Counted from the stretch's first letter, positions 22,303 to 32,215 are shown. The stretch: DNA of 64,000 nt from an uncultured Steroidobacter sp. (GCA_938008435.1 CALLKK010000016.1:11887-75886); one strand, 5' to 3'. Notes: generated from the letters alone by a model not told the origin. Numbers and translations: made by a program.

Positions 22303-22950
22303 CTATTTATCGAGTGCGGCGCGCAATGCGGGCCACGCATTATCCAACAGCTTGCGTTGCGCGGCAGCGGACGGATGAATGCCGTCGTCCTGCATCAACG
22401 ATTCGTCTTGCGCCACGCCTTCCAAGAAGAAGTCCACGAGCTCGACGCCATGCTTCTCGGCCAGCGTACGATAAAGCGCGTGAAAGCGCTCCGCATACGC
22501 AGCGCCGTAGTTCGGCGGAATGCGCATGCCGAGCAGCACCACTTTCGCGCCGGCCGCCCGCGAGTGCTCGATGAGCTCGTTCAGATTCGCCTCGATCTGG
22601 CCGAGCGGCAGGCCGCGCAGACCGTCGTTGCCGCCAAGCTCCAAGACCACCACGCTCGGGCGATGCACTTCCAAGGCGCGCGGCAGGCGTGCCCTCGCCC
22701 CGCCGGTCGTCTCGCCGCTCGCGCTGGCGTTCACGACTCGGTACTCGTACCCTTCCTCTGCCAGCCTGCGTTCGAGCAATGCAACCCACGTCGCTTTCGC
22801 ATCGACGCCGTAACCGGCGCTCAGGCTGTCGCCGAGGATCAAAATGGTAGGCTCATTGGCTGCGGCTCGGGCATGAACGAGCGCGTTCAGGAACAGTCCG
22901 AGCAACAGGAGCCCGATGATCGCGATTCGCCCTCGCGGGAACGTCAGCAT
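22303..22950 (-). CDS. tesA: Periplasmic GDSL arylesterase/thioesterase I
   Basis: Signal peptide; LGDSLSAGYG, NASASGETT, ELGGNDGLRG, DGIHP. Confidence 0.9.
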   Translation of the reverse strand: MLTFPRGRIAIIGLLLLGLFLNALVHARAAANEPTILILGDSLSAGYGVDAKATWVALLERRLAEEGYEYRVVNASASGETTGGARARLPRALEVHRPSVVVLELGGNDGLRGLPLGQIEANLNELIEHSRAAGAKVVLLGMRIPPNYGAAYAERFHALYRTLAEKHGVELVDFFLEGVAQDESLMQDDGIHPSAAAQRKLLDNAWPALRAALDK

Positions 22951-22954
22951 CGAC

Positions 22955-23632
22955 ATGCACATCGCAGAACCGGTACTCAGAGCCGAAAAAGTCACCAAAG
23001 AGGTTAGCAGTCCCGAGGGAACACTGACCATAGTGGCCGGTGTCGACCTGAGCGTCGCGCCGGGCGAAAGCGTCGCCATCATCGGCGCATCCGGTGCGGG
23101 CAAGTCGACGTTGCTCGCATTGCTCGCCGGGCTCGACGAGCCGACGAGCGGACGCGTGTGGCTCAATGGCAGCGAGCTCACGGCACTCGACGAGGATGGT
23201 CGTGCGCAAGTGCGCGCGAACCACGTGGGCTTCGTCTTCCAGAGCTTTCATCTGGTGCCGGCGCTCACGGCGATCGAGAACGTGATGTTGCCGCTCGAGC
23301 TCGCCGGCAAGCCGAATGCGCGCGAAGCGGCGGCCGAAGCGCTCGAGGCCGTCAATCTCTCGGCGCGACGTCATCACTATCCGCGTCAGCTCTCGGGCGG
23401 CGAGCAGCAGCGCGTCGCGATCGCGCGCGCATTCGTCACGCGCCCGGCCGTGCTGTTCGCCGATGAGCCGACCGGTAATCTCGATGCCGCTACGGGCGAG
23501 CGGATCATCGAGCTCTTGTTCGATCTGAACGCCGCCTCGCGCACGACGCTCGTCGTCGTCACGCACGATCCGGCGGTCGCGCGGCGTTGCGAGCGCACGA
23601 TTCGCATCGAAGCCGGACGACTGGTCGCATGA
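22955..23632 (+). CDS. ybbA: ABC transporter ATP-binding protein (YbbA/LolD-like)
   Basis: GASGAGKST, GFVFQSFHL, LSGGEQQRVAIARA, FADEPTGNLD; head-to-head with tesA. Confidence 0.88.
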   Translation: MHIAEPVLRAEKVTKEVSSPEGTLTIVAGVDLSVAPGESVAIIGASGAGKSTLLALLAGLDEPTSGRVWLNGSELTALDEDGRAQVRANHVGFVFQSFHLVPALTAIENVMLPLELAGKPNAREAAAEALEAVNLSARRHHYPRQLSGGEQQRVAIARAFVTRPAVLFADEPTGNLDAATGERIIELLFDLNAASRTTLVVVTHDPAVARRCERTIRIEAGRLVA

Positions 23633-26118
23633 AAGCGCTGCGCCTTGCCCTGCTTGCGCTCGTTCGCGACGGCAAATCGGGCGAGCTGCGCGTGCTCATG
23701 CTGGCGCTCGTGGTGGCCGTCGCTGCATTGACGGCGGTGGGTTTCTTCACGAGCCGCGTGCAACAAGCCGTCGATCGGCAGGCAGGCGAAGTGCTGGCGG
23801 CGGATCTGCGTTTGCAATCGCGCTCGCCGCTTGCGGACGATTACTTGCGCCTTGCGCAAGAAGCGGGGCTCGAGAGCGCGCAGCTCGCCACCTTCCCGAG
23901 CGTCGTCATGCACGGCGATGCGACGGCATTGAGCGCGATCACCGCCGTGTCGGATGGCTATCCGCTGCGCGGTCAGGTGCGAGTGGCGCCGACCCTGCTT
24001 GCGCCGGCGCAGGCGGCCGAAGGCATTCCCGGTCCGGGCGAAGCCTGGCTCGCCGCGCGCCTGTTCGCGCAGCTCGACATCGACATCGGCGCGCGCATTC
24101 AGGTCGGCAATGCCGAGCTCGTGGCCACGCGCGTGCTCGACTATCGGCCCGATCAAGGCTCGCAATTCGTCGATCTCGCGCCGACGCTGCTCATGCGCTT
24201 GGACGATGTGGCCGCCACAGGTCTCATCCAAGAAGGCAGCCGCGTTTCCTACGTGCAGCTCTTTGCCGGCGATCGTGCCGCGGTCGGCGCTTTCAAGGAG
24301 CTGCTCACAAGCCGCAAGAAACCGACCGAACGGCTGGCCGACATCAACGATGCGAGTCCGCAGATTCGTTCCGCCGTCGAGCGTGCTGGAAGATTCCTCA
24401 ATCTCGCTGCGCTCGTGACATTGCTGTTGGCTGCGATTGCCGTCGCCATTGCTGCCCGGCGCTACGTAGCGCGGCATCTCGACACCGCCGCGCTGATGAA
24501 GAGCATCGGCGCTTCGCAGAATCTCGTGCTGGCGATCACTGTGCTCGAGCTTGCGATGATCGCGATCGCAGCCAGCATCGTCGGCGCAGCGCTCGGCTTC
24601 GGCGCGCAACACGGCATCGCCTATCTGCTCAAGGATCTCGTGCGCAGCGAATTACCGCCGCCGTCGTTGAGCGCCGCCGGCCTGGGGCTCGTCACCGCGC
24701 TCGCGATTCTCGTCGGCTTTGCTTTGCCGCCGCTCTTGCAGCTGCGCTTCGTCCCGCCCGCGCGCGTGCTGCGTCGTAATCTCGAGCCGCCGCCGCTGCG
24801 CTATGTCACCGTCTACGGCACTGCGATTGCGGCACTGGTGGCGTTGCTCGGCTGGCTCGTGCGCGACCTCGCGCTGCTCAGCGTCGTTCTGGTCGGCACG
24901 CTCGTTACGTTCGCCGCGTTGATCGGCGCCGGTGCGCTGCTCGTGCTGGCGCTCGGACGATTGCGTGGCAGCGTCGGCGTCGCGTGGCGCTACGGTATCG
25001 CGAACATCGCAAGGCGCGGTCGCGACAGCGTCATTCAAGTCGTGGCATTCGGCTTGGGGCTCATGGTGCTGCTGTTGCTTGCGGTCGTGCGCAGCGATCT
25101 CATGCAGGAGTGGCGCGCGAGCTTGCCTGCCGACGCGCCGAATCAGTTCATGATCAATATCCGTCCGGAGCAGGCGTCCGACGTGCGCGACTTCTTCGCC
25201 GAGCGCGGCTTTGCGCCGCCCGAGCTCGTTCCGATGGTGCGCGCGCGCCTCGTCGAGATCAACGAGCGGCCCGTCGGCGAGATCGAGTTGCCGACGGATC
25301 GCGGCCGCGAATTCATCGAGCGCGAGGCGAATCTCACCTGGGCGCAGCACATACAAGTCGACAACACGCTCGTGGCGGGCACGTGGTGGACGCCCGACGA
25401 CGGTGGCGGTCCGCGTGTTTCCGTCGAGATCGAAATGGCCCGCGCGCTCGGGCTCGAGCTCGGCGACGTATTGACGTACGACGTGGCGGGCGAGCGCGTG
25501 AGCGCGCGCGTCACGAGCTTTCGCAAAGTGCAATGGGACACGTTCCGGCCGAACTTCTTCATGGTGTTCTCGCCGGGCACGCTCGACGATCAAACGGGCA
25601 CGTACATCACGAGCATTCACGTGCCGCGCGAGCGCAAACGCGACTTGCTCGATTTCATGCGACGCTTTCCCGAAGTGACGGTGATCGACATCGAGGCGAT
25701 TCTCGCGCAGGTGCGCGGTGTCATGGACAAGGCGGCGCTCGCAGTGCAGTACGTGTTCGGATTCACGTTGCTCGCCGGGGTCGCAGTGCTGCTCGCGGCG
25801 ATTCAAGCGACGCGCGATGAGCGTCGTTACGAGAGTGCGATGCTGCGCACGCTCGGTGCGCGCCGTCGCGTCGTGCTGCAAGGCGTGGCCGCGGAGTTCA
25901 CCACGCTCGGGCTGCTGGCGGGCACGCTCGCAGCATTCGGTGCGAGCGCGGCGGGTTATGTCCTGGCGCGGCGTGTCTTCAATCTCGATTACAGCGTCGA
26001 TCCGACGGTCTGGATCGTCGGCTTGCTTGCGGGTGCGTTGCTCGTCGGCGTGACAGGCACGCTGGCAACTCGCTCGGTCGTCGATCATCCGCCGATCGAG
26101 ACACTGCGCAAGGGATAA
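23629..26118 (+). CDS. ybbP: ABC transporter permease (YbbP/FtsX-MacB family)
   Basis: GELRVLMLALVVAV, two FtsX-like TM blocks, PNQFMINI, FRPNFF, RTLGA. ATGA overlap with ybbA. Confidence 0.88.
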   Translation: MKALRLALLALVRDGKSGELRVLMLALVVAVAALTAVGFFTSRVQQAVDRQAGEVLAADLRLQSRSPLADDYLRLAQEAGLESAQLATFPSVVMHGDATALSAITAVSDGYPLRGQVRVAPTLLAPAQAAEGIPGPGEAWLAARLFAQLDIDIGARIQVGNAELVATRVLDYRPDQGSQFVDLAPTLLMRLDDVAATGLIQEGSRVSYVQLFAGDRAAVGAFKELLTSRKKPTERLADINDASPQIRSAVERAGRFLNLAALVTLLLAAIAVAIAARRYVARHLDTAALMKSIGASQNLVLAITVLELAMIAIAASIVGAALGFGAQHGIAYLLKDLVRSELPPPSLSAAGLGLVTALAILVGFALPPLLQLRFVPPARVLRRNLEPPPLRYVTVYGTAIAALVALLGWLVRDLALLSVVLVGTLVTFAALIGAGALLVLALGRLRGSVGVAWRYGIANIARRGRDSVIQVVAFGLGLMVLLLLAVVRSDLMQEWRASLPADAPNQFMINIRPEQASDVRDFFAERGFAPPELVPMVRARLVEINERPVGEIELPTDRGREFIEREANLTWAQHIQVDNTLVAGTWWTPDDGGGPRVSVEIEMARALGLELGDVLTYDVAGERVSARVTSFRKVQWDTFRPNFFMVFSPGTLDDQTGTYITSIHVPRERKRDLLDFMRRFPEVTVIDIEAILAQVRGVMDKAALAVQYVFGFTLLAGVAVLLAAIQATRDERRYESAMLRTLGARRRVVLQGVAAEFTTLGLLAGTLAAFGASAAGYVLARRVFNLDYSVDPTVWIVGLLAGALLVGVTGTLATRSVVDHPPIETLRKG

Positions 26119-26129
26119 AGCGCTTTCGG

Positions 26130-26903
26130 CTACTGAAGCGCGAGGCGGATCCAGCCGTACTCTTCGGTGCGACCGCGCCAGTCGTAGGCATCGAGGCGCA
26201 ACAGATATTCGCCGGGACCGAACGCCGATGAGTTGAGCGCCAGGCGCAGCTCGCGATTGGAATCGCGCGTCAGCCGGCGGATCTGCAGCAGGCGTCCTTC
26301 GGTGACATTGTCGATCGTGATCTGAAATTGCGTCGCCCTGCCTTCCGAGACGTCGATGTGCAGCTCGAGCAATTGCGGCGGGGTGAGCCAGCCGAGGTGA
26401 AGTGTCGGCTCGGCCGGACGTCCACGTACCGGACGCAGGCGGTACGTTTGTACGCTGGCCGGCGCCTGCATCCGCTGCGACTCGGCGCGTCGCTCGGCGG
26501 TCCTGAGCTGCTGCTCGAGCTCGTTCGCACGCAGCGCATACATGACCAGGCCCGCGAGCGCGGCCAGCAGTGCGATGACAACGGCGAAAAAGAAGCCACG
26601 GTGCACGCCGCCCGCGCCGTGCGAACGTGCCGGCACATCGTCGTCATCCTCCAGATCGTCGTCGTCAGCCTCGACCGCGGCGCGCGTGGTGCTCGATGGA
26701 ATCGTTTGAAAGATGCCGGTTTCGCTGTCGTCGGCCGGACGTCGCGACAACCGCGCCTTGAGCCGCACCGGAATCGGCAGCTCGTTGAGCAGCTCGGGAT
26801 GCTCCAGACAGTATTTCTCGAACTCGCGCGCCTCGCGCACGGTCAGCTCACCGGCGAGATAACGCTCGACGATGCGCTCGCTTTCGATGTACTTACGATC
26901 CAT
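26130..26903 (-). CDS. Putative anti-sigma factor-like membrane protein
   Basis: N-terminal IVERYLAGELTVREAREFEKYCLEHP resembles an anti-sigma/zf-HC2-like domain. It is followed by an acidic linker, one TM, a coiled coil and a beta-rich C-terminal domain. Confidence 0.55.
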   Translation of the reverse strand: MDRKYIESERIVERYLAGELTVREAREFEKYCLEHPELLNELPIPVRLKARLSRRPADDSETGIFQTIPSSTTRAAVEADDDDLEDDDDVPARSHGAGGVHRGFFFAVVIALLAALAGLVMYALRANELEQQLRTAERRAESQRMQAPASVQTYRLRPVRGRPAEPTLHLGWLTPPQLLELHIDVSEGRATQFQITIDNVTEGRLLQIRRLTRDSNRELRLALNSSAFGPGEYLLRLDAYDWRGRTEEYGWIRLALQ

Positions 26904-26932
26904 TCGTATCCGGCACGTGCTTTAGGCCCGAA

Positions 26933-27469
26933 TCACGATTCAGGCGCCTCCGCTTCGCGTTTGCACAGTTCGCATTGCGGCCAATAGGGCTTCGCGATGC
27001 GATCGAGCCGATCGCGTGTCTGCCGTTCGAAGAACGCACGCGCGGCTTGCGATCCGGGGCTGTCCGTGTAGCCCAGCCCGACAACGCGAACGTGCGTCAT
27101 ATCTTGGCCGGACGGCGTGAAATAGATCACGGTCCAGAGCCCTTGCATGGCATCTTTGTCGGGAAACCCGGCCGGCGGTTGAGTCAGGCGCAGGGCGAGC
27201 ATGCGTTGCGGTTCGTAGGCGAGGATCTCGTAGGCTTCGAGGTCGACGCGGCCGTTCCGCGCAGCGTGCTTGAGCCGAATCGCTCCGCCGAGACGCAGCT
27301 CGACGTCCGCCCGCACGGCGCCCGTCTGCACCAGGCCGTCGGCCGTCGTGAAGAGCCGCCAAACGTCCGCGAGCGGCGCGTTGATGAAGCCTTCGGTGAC
27401 GAGCGGCTCGGCAGCGAGCGCGCCAGGAAAGGGCAGGAGCGTACAGATAATAAGGAGAAGGCGTTTCAT
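26933..27469 (-). CDS. Exported SRPBCC/AHSA1-like domain protein
   Basis: Signal peptide; FINAPLADVWRLFTT, ELRLGG, ILAYEPQRML, WTVIYF. Confidence 0.75.
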   Translation of the reverse strand: MKRLLLIICTLLPFPGALAAEPLVTEGFINAPLADVWRLFTTADGLVQTGAVRADVELRLGGAIRLKHAARNGRVDLEAYEILAYEPQRMLALRLTQPPAGFPDKDAMQGLWTVIYFTPSGQDMTHVRVVGLGYTDSPGSQAARAFFERQTRDRLDRIAKPYWPQCELCKREAEAPES

Positions 27470-27939
27470 GGACCGTGCGAAACCAAAGCGCTTGAGAAAT
27501 GCCGTCTGTCAGTCACCGCAGCGCCCGCCCGCGCAAAAAGGGTTCTTGCGCACCTTCGGCCGATGCTGCGAAGCTTGCGGCCATTGTATGAATGGCTTGG
27601 AGCAGCCTTGCCTGCGCAGCTGCCGGCCATCGATCAGCGGGCGTCGACCAATAATGAGCCACACGTTGGCACGATCGGGCGAATGAAGCCATGACCCTCA
27701 CCCTGCAAGCCGCTCGCATCCAAGACGTGCAAGAGCGCAGGGCGCCCAAGCCGTTCGCGATCGTGGCGGATCGAGGATCCGGCCGGCGCGGGTCGGCCGA
27801 TCCTGCGGAGGATCGACCGCGCGGGCACGCTGCGATCGCAGCGACTGTCGGCGGAGACACTACCACAGCAGCCAGGCCGTGTTCGCTTTTGGTGAGCGTT
27901 GCCGGCCGGCGCGCGCGGCCCTGATTTGCGATCGGCGCC

Positions 27940-28659
27940 ATGACGAAGCAGACCCAGCAAGGAGCCGCATTCGAACGGGTCTCGTCTGGGCGCACGCATG
28001 TCGGCAAAGTGCGGCCCACCAATCAAGACGCAATCCTCGCGCTCGATGCGTCCGGTCTGTGGGTCGTCGCGGACGGCATGGGCGGCTATCGCGACGGCGA
28101 TGTCGCGAGCCGCATGGTGTGCGAAGCGCTGGCGGATCTGAGTGCGGGCGCAACGCTCGATGAATCCATCGCCGCTGTGCGGACACGGCTGCAGGCCGTC
28201 AATCTCAAGCTGTACAAGGCGGCCACCCGGGTGTTCGATCCGGTCGTGAGCGGCAGCACCGTGGCGGTGCTTGCCATGCACGACGATCAATGCGCTGCCA
28301 TTTGGGCCGGCGACAGCCGTGTCTACCGCTTGCGGGCCCGCCAGCTCGACCGGTTGACGACCGATCACACGATCGCCGCACAGCTCAATCTCCAGAGCGA
28401 CGAAGCGGCGCATCACGCCATCACCCGCGCGGTCGGTGGCGACGGGCGGCTCGTGCTGGATGTGCACCGCGACCGCATCGAGCGCGGCGATCGCTACTTG
28501 CTGTGTACGGACGGGCTGACGCACGAGGTCGGCGATACCCGCATCGCCGAGCTGCTGGCCGAGGGCGATCCAGCCACCTGCGCCGACGCGCTCATCGAGT
28601 CGGCGCTAGCCGAAGGCGGGCGGGACAACGTCAGCGTCATCGTCGTCGACGTGCGCTAA
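27940..28659 (+). CDS. Second PP2C family phosphatase (PppA/Stp1-like)
   Basis: RTHVGKVRPTNQD, VVADGMGG, SGSTV, WAGDSRVY, LLCTDGL, GGRDNVS. Confidence 0.9.
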   Translation: MTKQTQQGAAFERVSSGRTHVGKVRPTNQDAILALDASGLWVVADGMGGYRDGDVASRMVCEALADLSAGATLDESIAAVRTRLQAVNLKLYKAATRVFDPVVSGSTVAVLAMHDDQCAAIWAGDSRVYRLRARQLDRLTTDHTIAAQLNLQSDEAAHHAITRAVGGDGRLVLDVHRDRIERGDRYLLCTDGLTHEVGDTRIAELLAEGDPATCADALIESALAEGGRDNVSVIVVDVR

Positions 28660-28782
28660 CGGCGGCCTGCGGTCGCCGGCTCGAGCCACACGCAGCGTTC
28701 GCCGCCCGGACCGGCAGGCGAACGGACCTGAAATCTGGTGTAATTCGCTTCCTTTTTCCCCTTTGACCCCCGATTGACGAGA

Positions 28783-30312
28783 ATGAGCACCACGCCGAGG
28801 ACTGCCATCAGCCCGACCCGGGAAGAGAACTACGCCGAGTGGTACCAACAGGTCATTCGCGCGGCGGATCTTGCCGAAAATTCGCCCGTACGCGGTTGCA
28901 TGGTCATCAAGCCGTGGGGCTACGCGTTGTGGGAGAACATGCAGCGCGTGCTCGACGACATGTTCAAGGCGACGGGCCATCAAAACGCCTACTTCCCGGT
29001 GTTCATTCCGCTCTCCTTCCTGCAGAAGGAAGCACAGCACGTCGAAGGATTCGCGAAGGAATGCGCCGTCGTCACGCATCATCGCTTGCAGGTAAACGCA
29101 GAGGGCAAGCTCGTGCCGGCCGGCGAGCTCGATGAGCCGCTTGTCGTGCGTCCGACGTCGGAGACGATCATCGGCGATGCGTTCGCACGCTGGGTGCAGA
29201 GCTATCGCGATCTGCCGCTGCTCATCAATCAATGGGCGAATGTCGTGCGCTGGGAGATGCGCACGCGCATGTTCCTCAGAACCGCCGAGTTTCTCTGGCA
29301 AGAAGGCCATACCGCGCATGCGACGCGCGAAGAAGCGCTCGAAGAGACGATGCGCATGCTCGATGTGTATGCCAAGTTCGCCGAAGAGTGGATGGCGATG
29401 CCCGTGATCAAGGGCGAGAAGACGGCGGGCGAGCGCTTCCCGGGCGCCGATCGCACCTATTGCATCGAGGCGATGATGCAGGATCGCAAAGCCCTGCAGG
29501 CCGGCACCAGCCACTTCCTCGGACAGAACTTCGCGCGCGCGAGCGAAATCCAGTTCCTCGACCAGAACGGCGTGCATCAATATGCCTGGACGACGAGCTG
29601 GGGATGCTCGACGCGCCTGATCGGCGGGCTGTTGATGACCCATTCCGACGACGATGGCCTCGTGCTGCCGCCGCGGCTTGCGCCGACGCACATCGTGATC
29701 CTGCCCATCTATCGCTCCGAGCAGGATCGTGGTCGCGTGCTCGAGTACTGCAACTCGCTTGCGGCAGAGCTGCGCGCCAAGCGCTATGCGGAACGTCCGC
29801 TCAGCGTCACCGTCGACGACCGCGACGAGCGCGGCGGCGAGAAGGTCTGGGGCTGGATCAAGAAGGGCGTGCCGGTGCGCCTCGAGATCGGACCGCGCGA
29901 TATCGAGAAGGATGCCGTCTTCATGGGTCGGCGCGACCGCGCCCCGAAGGAAAAGCAGAGCATCCCGCGCAGCGAGTTCGTGGCGACGGTGACCGAGCTC
30001 TTGCAGTCGATCCAGGATAGCTTGCTGGCGCGCGCGCGAGCCTTCCGCGAACAACATACGCACACGATCGACAGCAAAGAGGATTTCTACGACTTCTTCA
30101 CCGCCCCGCCCGCGCCGGAAAATGCGCCGACGCCGATTCACGGCGGCTTTGCGCTCACGCACTTCAGCGGCGAGGTCGCGCTCGAAGAGCGCATCAAGGA
30201 AGATCTCGGCGTGACCGTGCGCTGCATTCCGCTCGAGAAGGGCGAGCCCGGTATCTGTCCGTTCACCGGCAAGCCGAGCGCACAGCGCGTCGTCTGGGCG
30301 AAGTCGTACTGA
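28783..30312 (+). CDS. proS: Proline--tRNA ligase, archaeal/eukaryote-like (no insertion editing domain)
   Basis: WYQQVIRAADLAE, SPVRGCMVIKPWG, RPTSET, QWANVVRWE, FLRTAEFLWQEGHT, ALQAGTSHFLGQNF, TSWGCSTR, C-terminal KSY. Confidence 0.95.
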   Translation: MSTTPRTAISPTREENYAEWYQQVIRAADLAENSPVRGCMVIKPWGYALWENMQRVLDDMFKATGHQNAYFPVFIPLSFLQKEAQHVEGFAKECAVVTHHRLQVNAEGKLVPAGELDEPLVVRPTSETIIGDAFARWVQSYRDLPLLINQWANVVRWEMRTRMFLRTAEFLWQEGHTAHATREEALEETMRMLDVYAKFAEEWMAMPVIKGEKTAGERFPGADRTYCIEAMMQDRKALQAGTSHFLGQNFARASEIQFLDQNGVHQYAWTTSWGCSTRLIGGLLMTHSDDDGLVLPPRLAPTHIVILPIYRSEQDRGRVLEYCNSLAAELRAKRYAERPLSVTVDDRDERGGEKVWGWIKKGVPVRLEIGPRDIEKDAVFMGRRDRAPKEKQSIPRSEFVATVTELLQSIQDSLLARARAFREQHTHTIDSKEDFYDFFTAPPAPENAPTPIHGGFALTHFSGEVALEERIKEDLGVTVRCIPLEKGEPGICPFTGKPSAQRVVWAKSY

Positions 30313-30471
30313 TGCATCGGCGAGGCGACCGCGCGGCTGCGAGACCGAGCCGATGACGGCCACGGTCGCCGGCGCCTGATCCATCGGGCCGCTCGCCTCA
30401 GCGTGGCGGGCTCGTCCGGTTGCATCGCCCCCTCGCCTGCGCCTCGTCAAACCATCGGGTCGACCCTGACC

Positions 30472-31443
30472 ATGGATGCTGCTCGTCGTCGTGCGCTCCT
30501 GCAGATCCACTTCTGCGTGCTCTTGTGGGGATTCACGGCGATCCTCGGCAAGTTGATCTCGCTCGCTGCGCTGCCGCTCGTGTGGTGGCGCATGCTCGTC
30601 GTGTGCGGATCGCTGCTGCTCGTGAAGGCCTTCTGGCGGGGGCTGCGGGAGATGACCCGCAAGCTGATCTTCATCTTCTGCGGCATCGGCTGCATCGTCG
30701 CGTTGCACTGGCTGACGTTCTATGCGTCGATCAAGCTGTCGAACGCCTCGGTGGCGGCGACCTGCATGGCCCTTGCGCCCGTGTTCATCGCGTTCGTCGA
30801 ACCGCTCGTCGTGCGACGCCGCTTCGACATGACCGAGCTGCTCTTCGGACTGTCCGTGATTCCGGGCGTTGCCTTGGTAGTGGGCGGTACGCCGAGCGGC
30901 ATGCGGCTCGGTATTGCGGTCGGCGTGCTCTCGGCGTTCTTCGTCGCCGTCTTCAGCTCCTTGAACAAGCGCTACATCGCAAGCTCCTCCGTGTTGACGA
31001 TCACCGGCATCGAGATGGGCGCCGGCGCCCTCTTTCTCACCGCGGCGAGCGGCTTGTTTCCAGGAACGCCGCTCTTCGTCGTGCCCGAATGGCGCGATGC
31101 GTTGCTGCTGCTCGTGCTTTCGTTCGGCTGTACGTCGCTGCCGTTTGCCTTGTCGTTGGTCGCGCTGAAACAGCTCAGTGCATTCTCGACGGCGCTCGCC
31201 GTGAACTTGGAGCCGATCTATTCGATCGTGCTCGCGATCCTGCTGTTCGGTGAACAGCGCGAGCTTGGGGTGAGTTTCTACGTCGGCGTCGCGATCCTGC
31301 TCCTCGTCGTGTTCACTCACCCGCTTTGGGCCGAACGCGCAGCGACGCGGCGCGCAACCGCGGCGACATCGCCTGCGGCGCGCGACGCTAACGCCGCTGC
31401 AGCAGCTGATCGACCCGATCGCGGTACGAACGGCTCAGCTTGA
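30472..31443 (+). CDS. DMT/EamA family transporter
   Basis: About 10 hydrophobic helices; LWGFTAILGKLI, HWLTFYASIK, NLEPIYSI. Confidence 0.88.
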   Translation: MDAARRRALLQIHFCVLLWGFTAILGKLISLAALPLVWWRMLVVCGSLLLVKAFWRGLREMTRKLIFIFCGIGCIVALHWLTFYASIKLSNASVAATCMALAPVFIAFVEPLVVRRRFDMTELLFGLSVIPGVALVVGGTPSGMRLGIAVGVLSAFFVAVFSSLNKRYIASSSVLTITGIEMGAGALFLTAASGLFPGTPLFVVPEWRDALLLLVLSFGCTSLPFALSLVALKQLSAFSTALAVNLEPIYSIVLAILLFGEQRELGVSFYVGVAILLLVVFTHPLWAERAATRRATAATSPAARDANAAAAADRPDRGTNGSA

Positions 31444-32215
31444 TTTCCTGGCCGTTGTCGAGGGAGAGGAAGTACTCGCCGTTGGTGTGAGGACGCAAGC
31501 GGCGCACGCGATTGACGTTGACGATCGTCGAGCGGTGCACGCGCTGGAACATCTCCGGATCGAGAATGGCTTCGAGGGACTTCATCGTCTCGCGCAGCAC
31601 GTAGGTGCGCCCGTCGGCGTGCACGCACATGTAGTCGCCGGCCGCATCGATCCAGTCGATCGAACGCACGTCGAGCCGCACCGTGCCCGACTCATCGCGG
31701 ATCGGCAGCACCTGCGGATAGCGCTTGACGGCGACCGTCGCGCCGAGCTGCTCCTTGAGCACGTTGGGATCGAGCGCACCGCTTCCTTGAGTGGCCGCGA
31801 TGAGCTGCATGAGCTTCTCGCGCTGCGCGAGCGCCGTGCGCTGCTCCCAGTGCGCGCGGATCCGATCGAGCGCCTGCAGGAAGCGCGCATCGTTGATCGG
31901 CTTGAGCAAATAGTCGAGCGCCTGCGCTTCGAAAGCATCGAGCGCGTAACGATCGTACGCGGTCACGAACACCGTCATCGGCAGCAGCTCGTGCGGCACG
32001 CGCGCGAGCACGTCGAATCCCGACAGTCCCGGCATCTGGATGTCGAGGAACATGAGGTCCGGTTTTTCCTTGGTGATCGTGGCGATCGCCTCGCGGCCGT
32101 TGCCGCATTCGGCAACGACGGCGATGTCGGCATGTTTCTGCAGCCGCAGGCGGATGCCGCGCCGTGCGAGCTCCTCATCGTCCACGAGTATCGCGCGAAT
32201 CGGTGTGTCAGCCAT
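31388..32215 (-). CDS. LytTR family response regulator
   Basis: REC: VDDEELAR, FLDIQMP, FVTAY, DYLLKP. LytTR: WIDAAGDYM, FQRVHRSTIVN, LSRSYR. Confidence 0.93.
   Translation of the reverse strand: MADTPIRAILVDDEELARRGIRLRLQKHADIAVVAECGNGREAIATITKEKPDLMFLDIQMPGLSGFDVLARVPHELLPMTVFVTAYDRYALDAFEAQALDYLLKPINDARFLQALDRIRAHWEQRTALAQREKLMQLIAATQGSGALDPNVLKEQLGATVAVKRYPQVLPIRDESGTVRLDVRSIDWIDAAGDYMCVHADGRTYVLRETMKSLEAILDPEMFQRVHRSTIVNVNRVRRLRPHTNGEYFLSLDNGQEIKLSRSYRDRVDQLLQRR

Noticed and set aside
22950-22955. tesA and ybbA start codons only 4 bp apart, head to head
   Set aside because: A tightly packed divergent tesA/ybbA-ybbP arrangement is already known from E. coli and other gammaproteobacteria.
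27691-27924. 77-aa ORF upstream of the second PP2C
   Set aside because: No SD, low-complexity Arg/Ala/Gly content and no motif, so it is not supportable as a gene.
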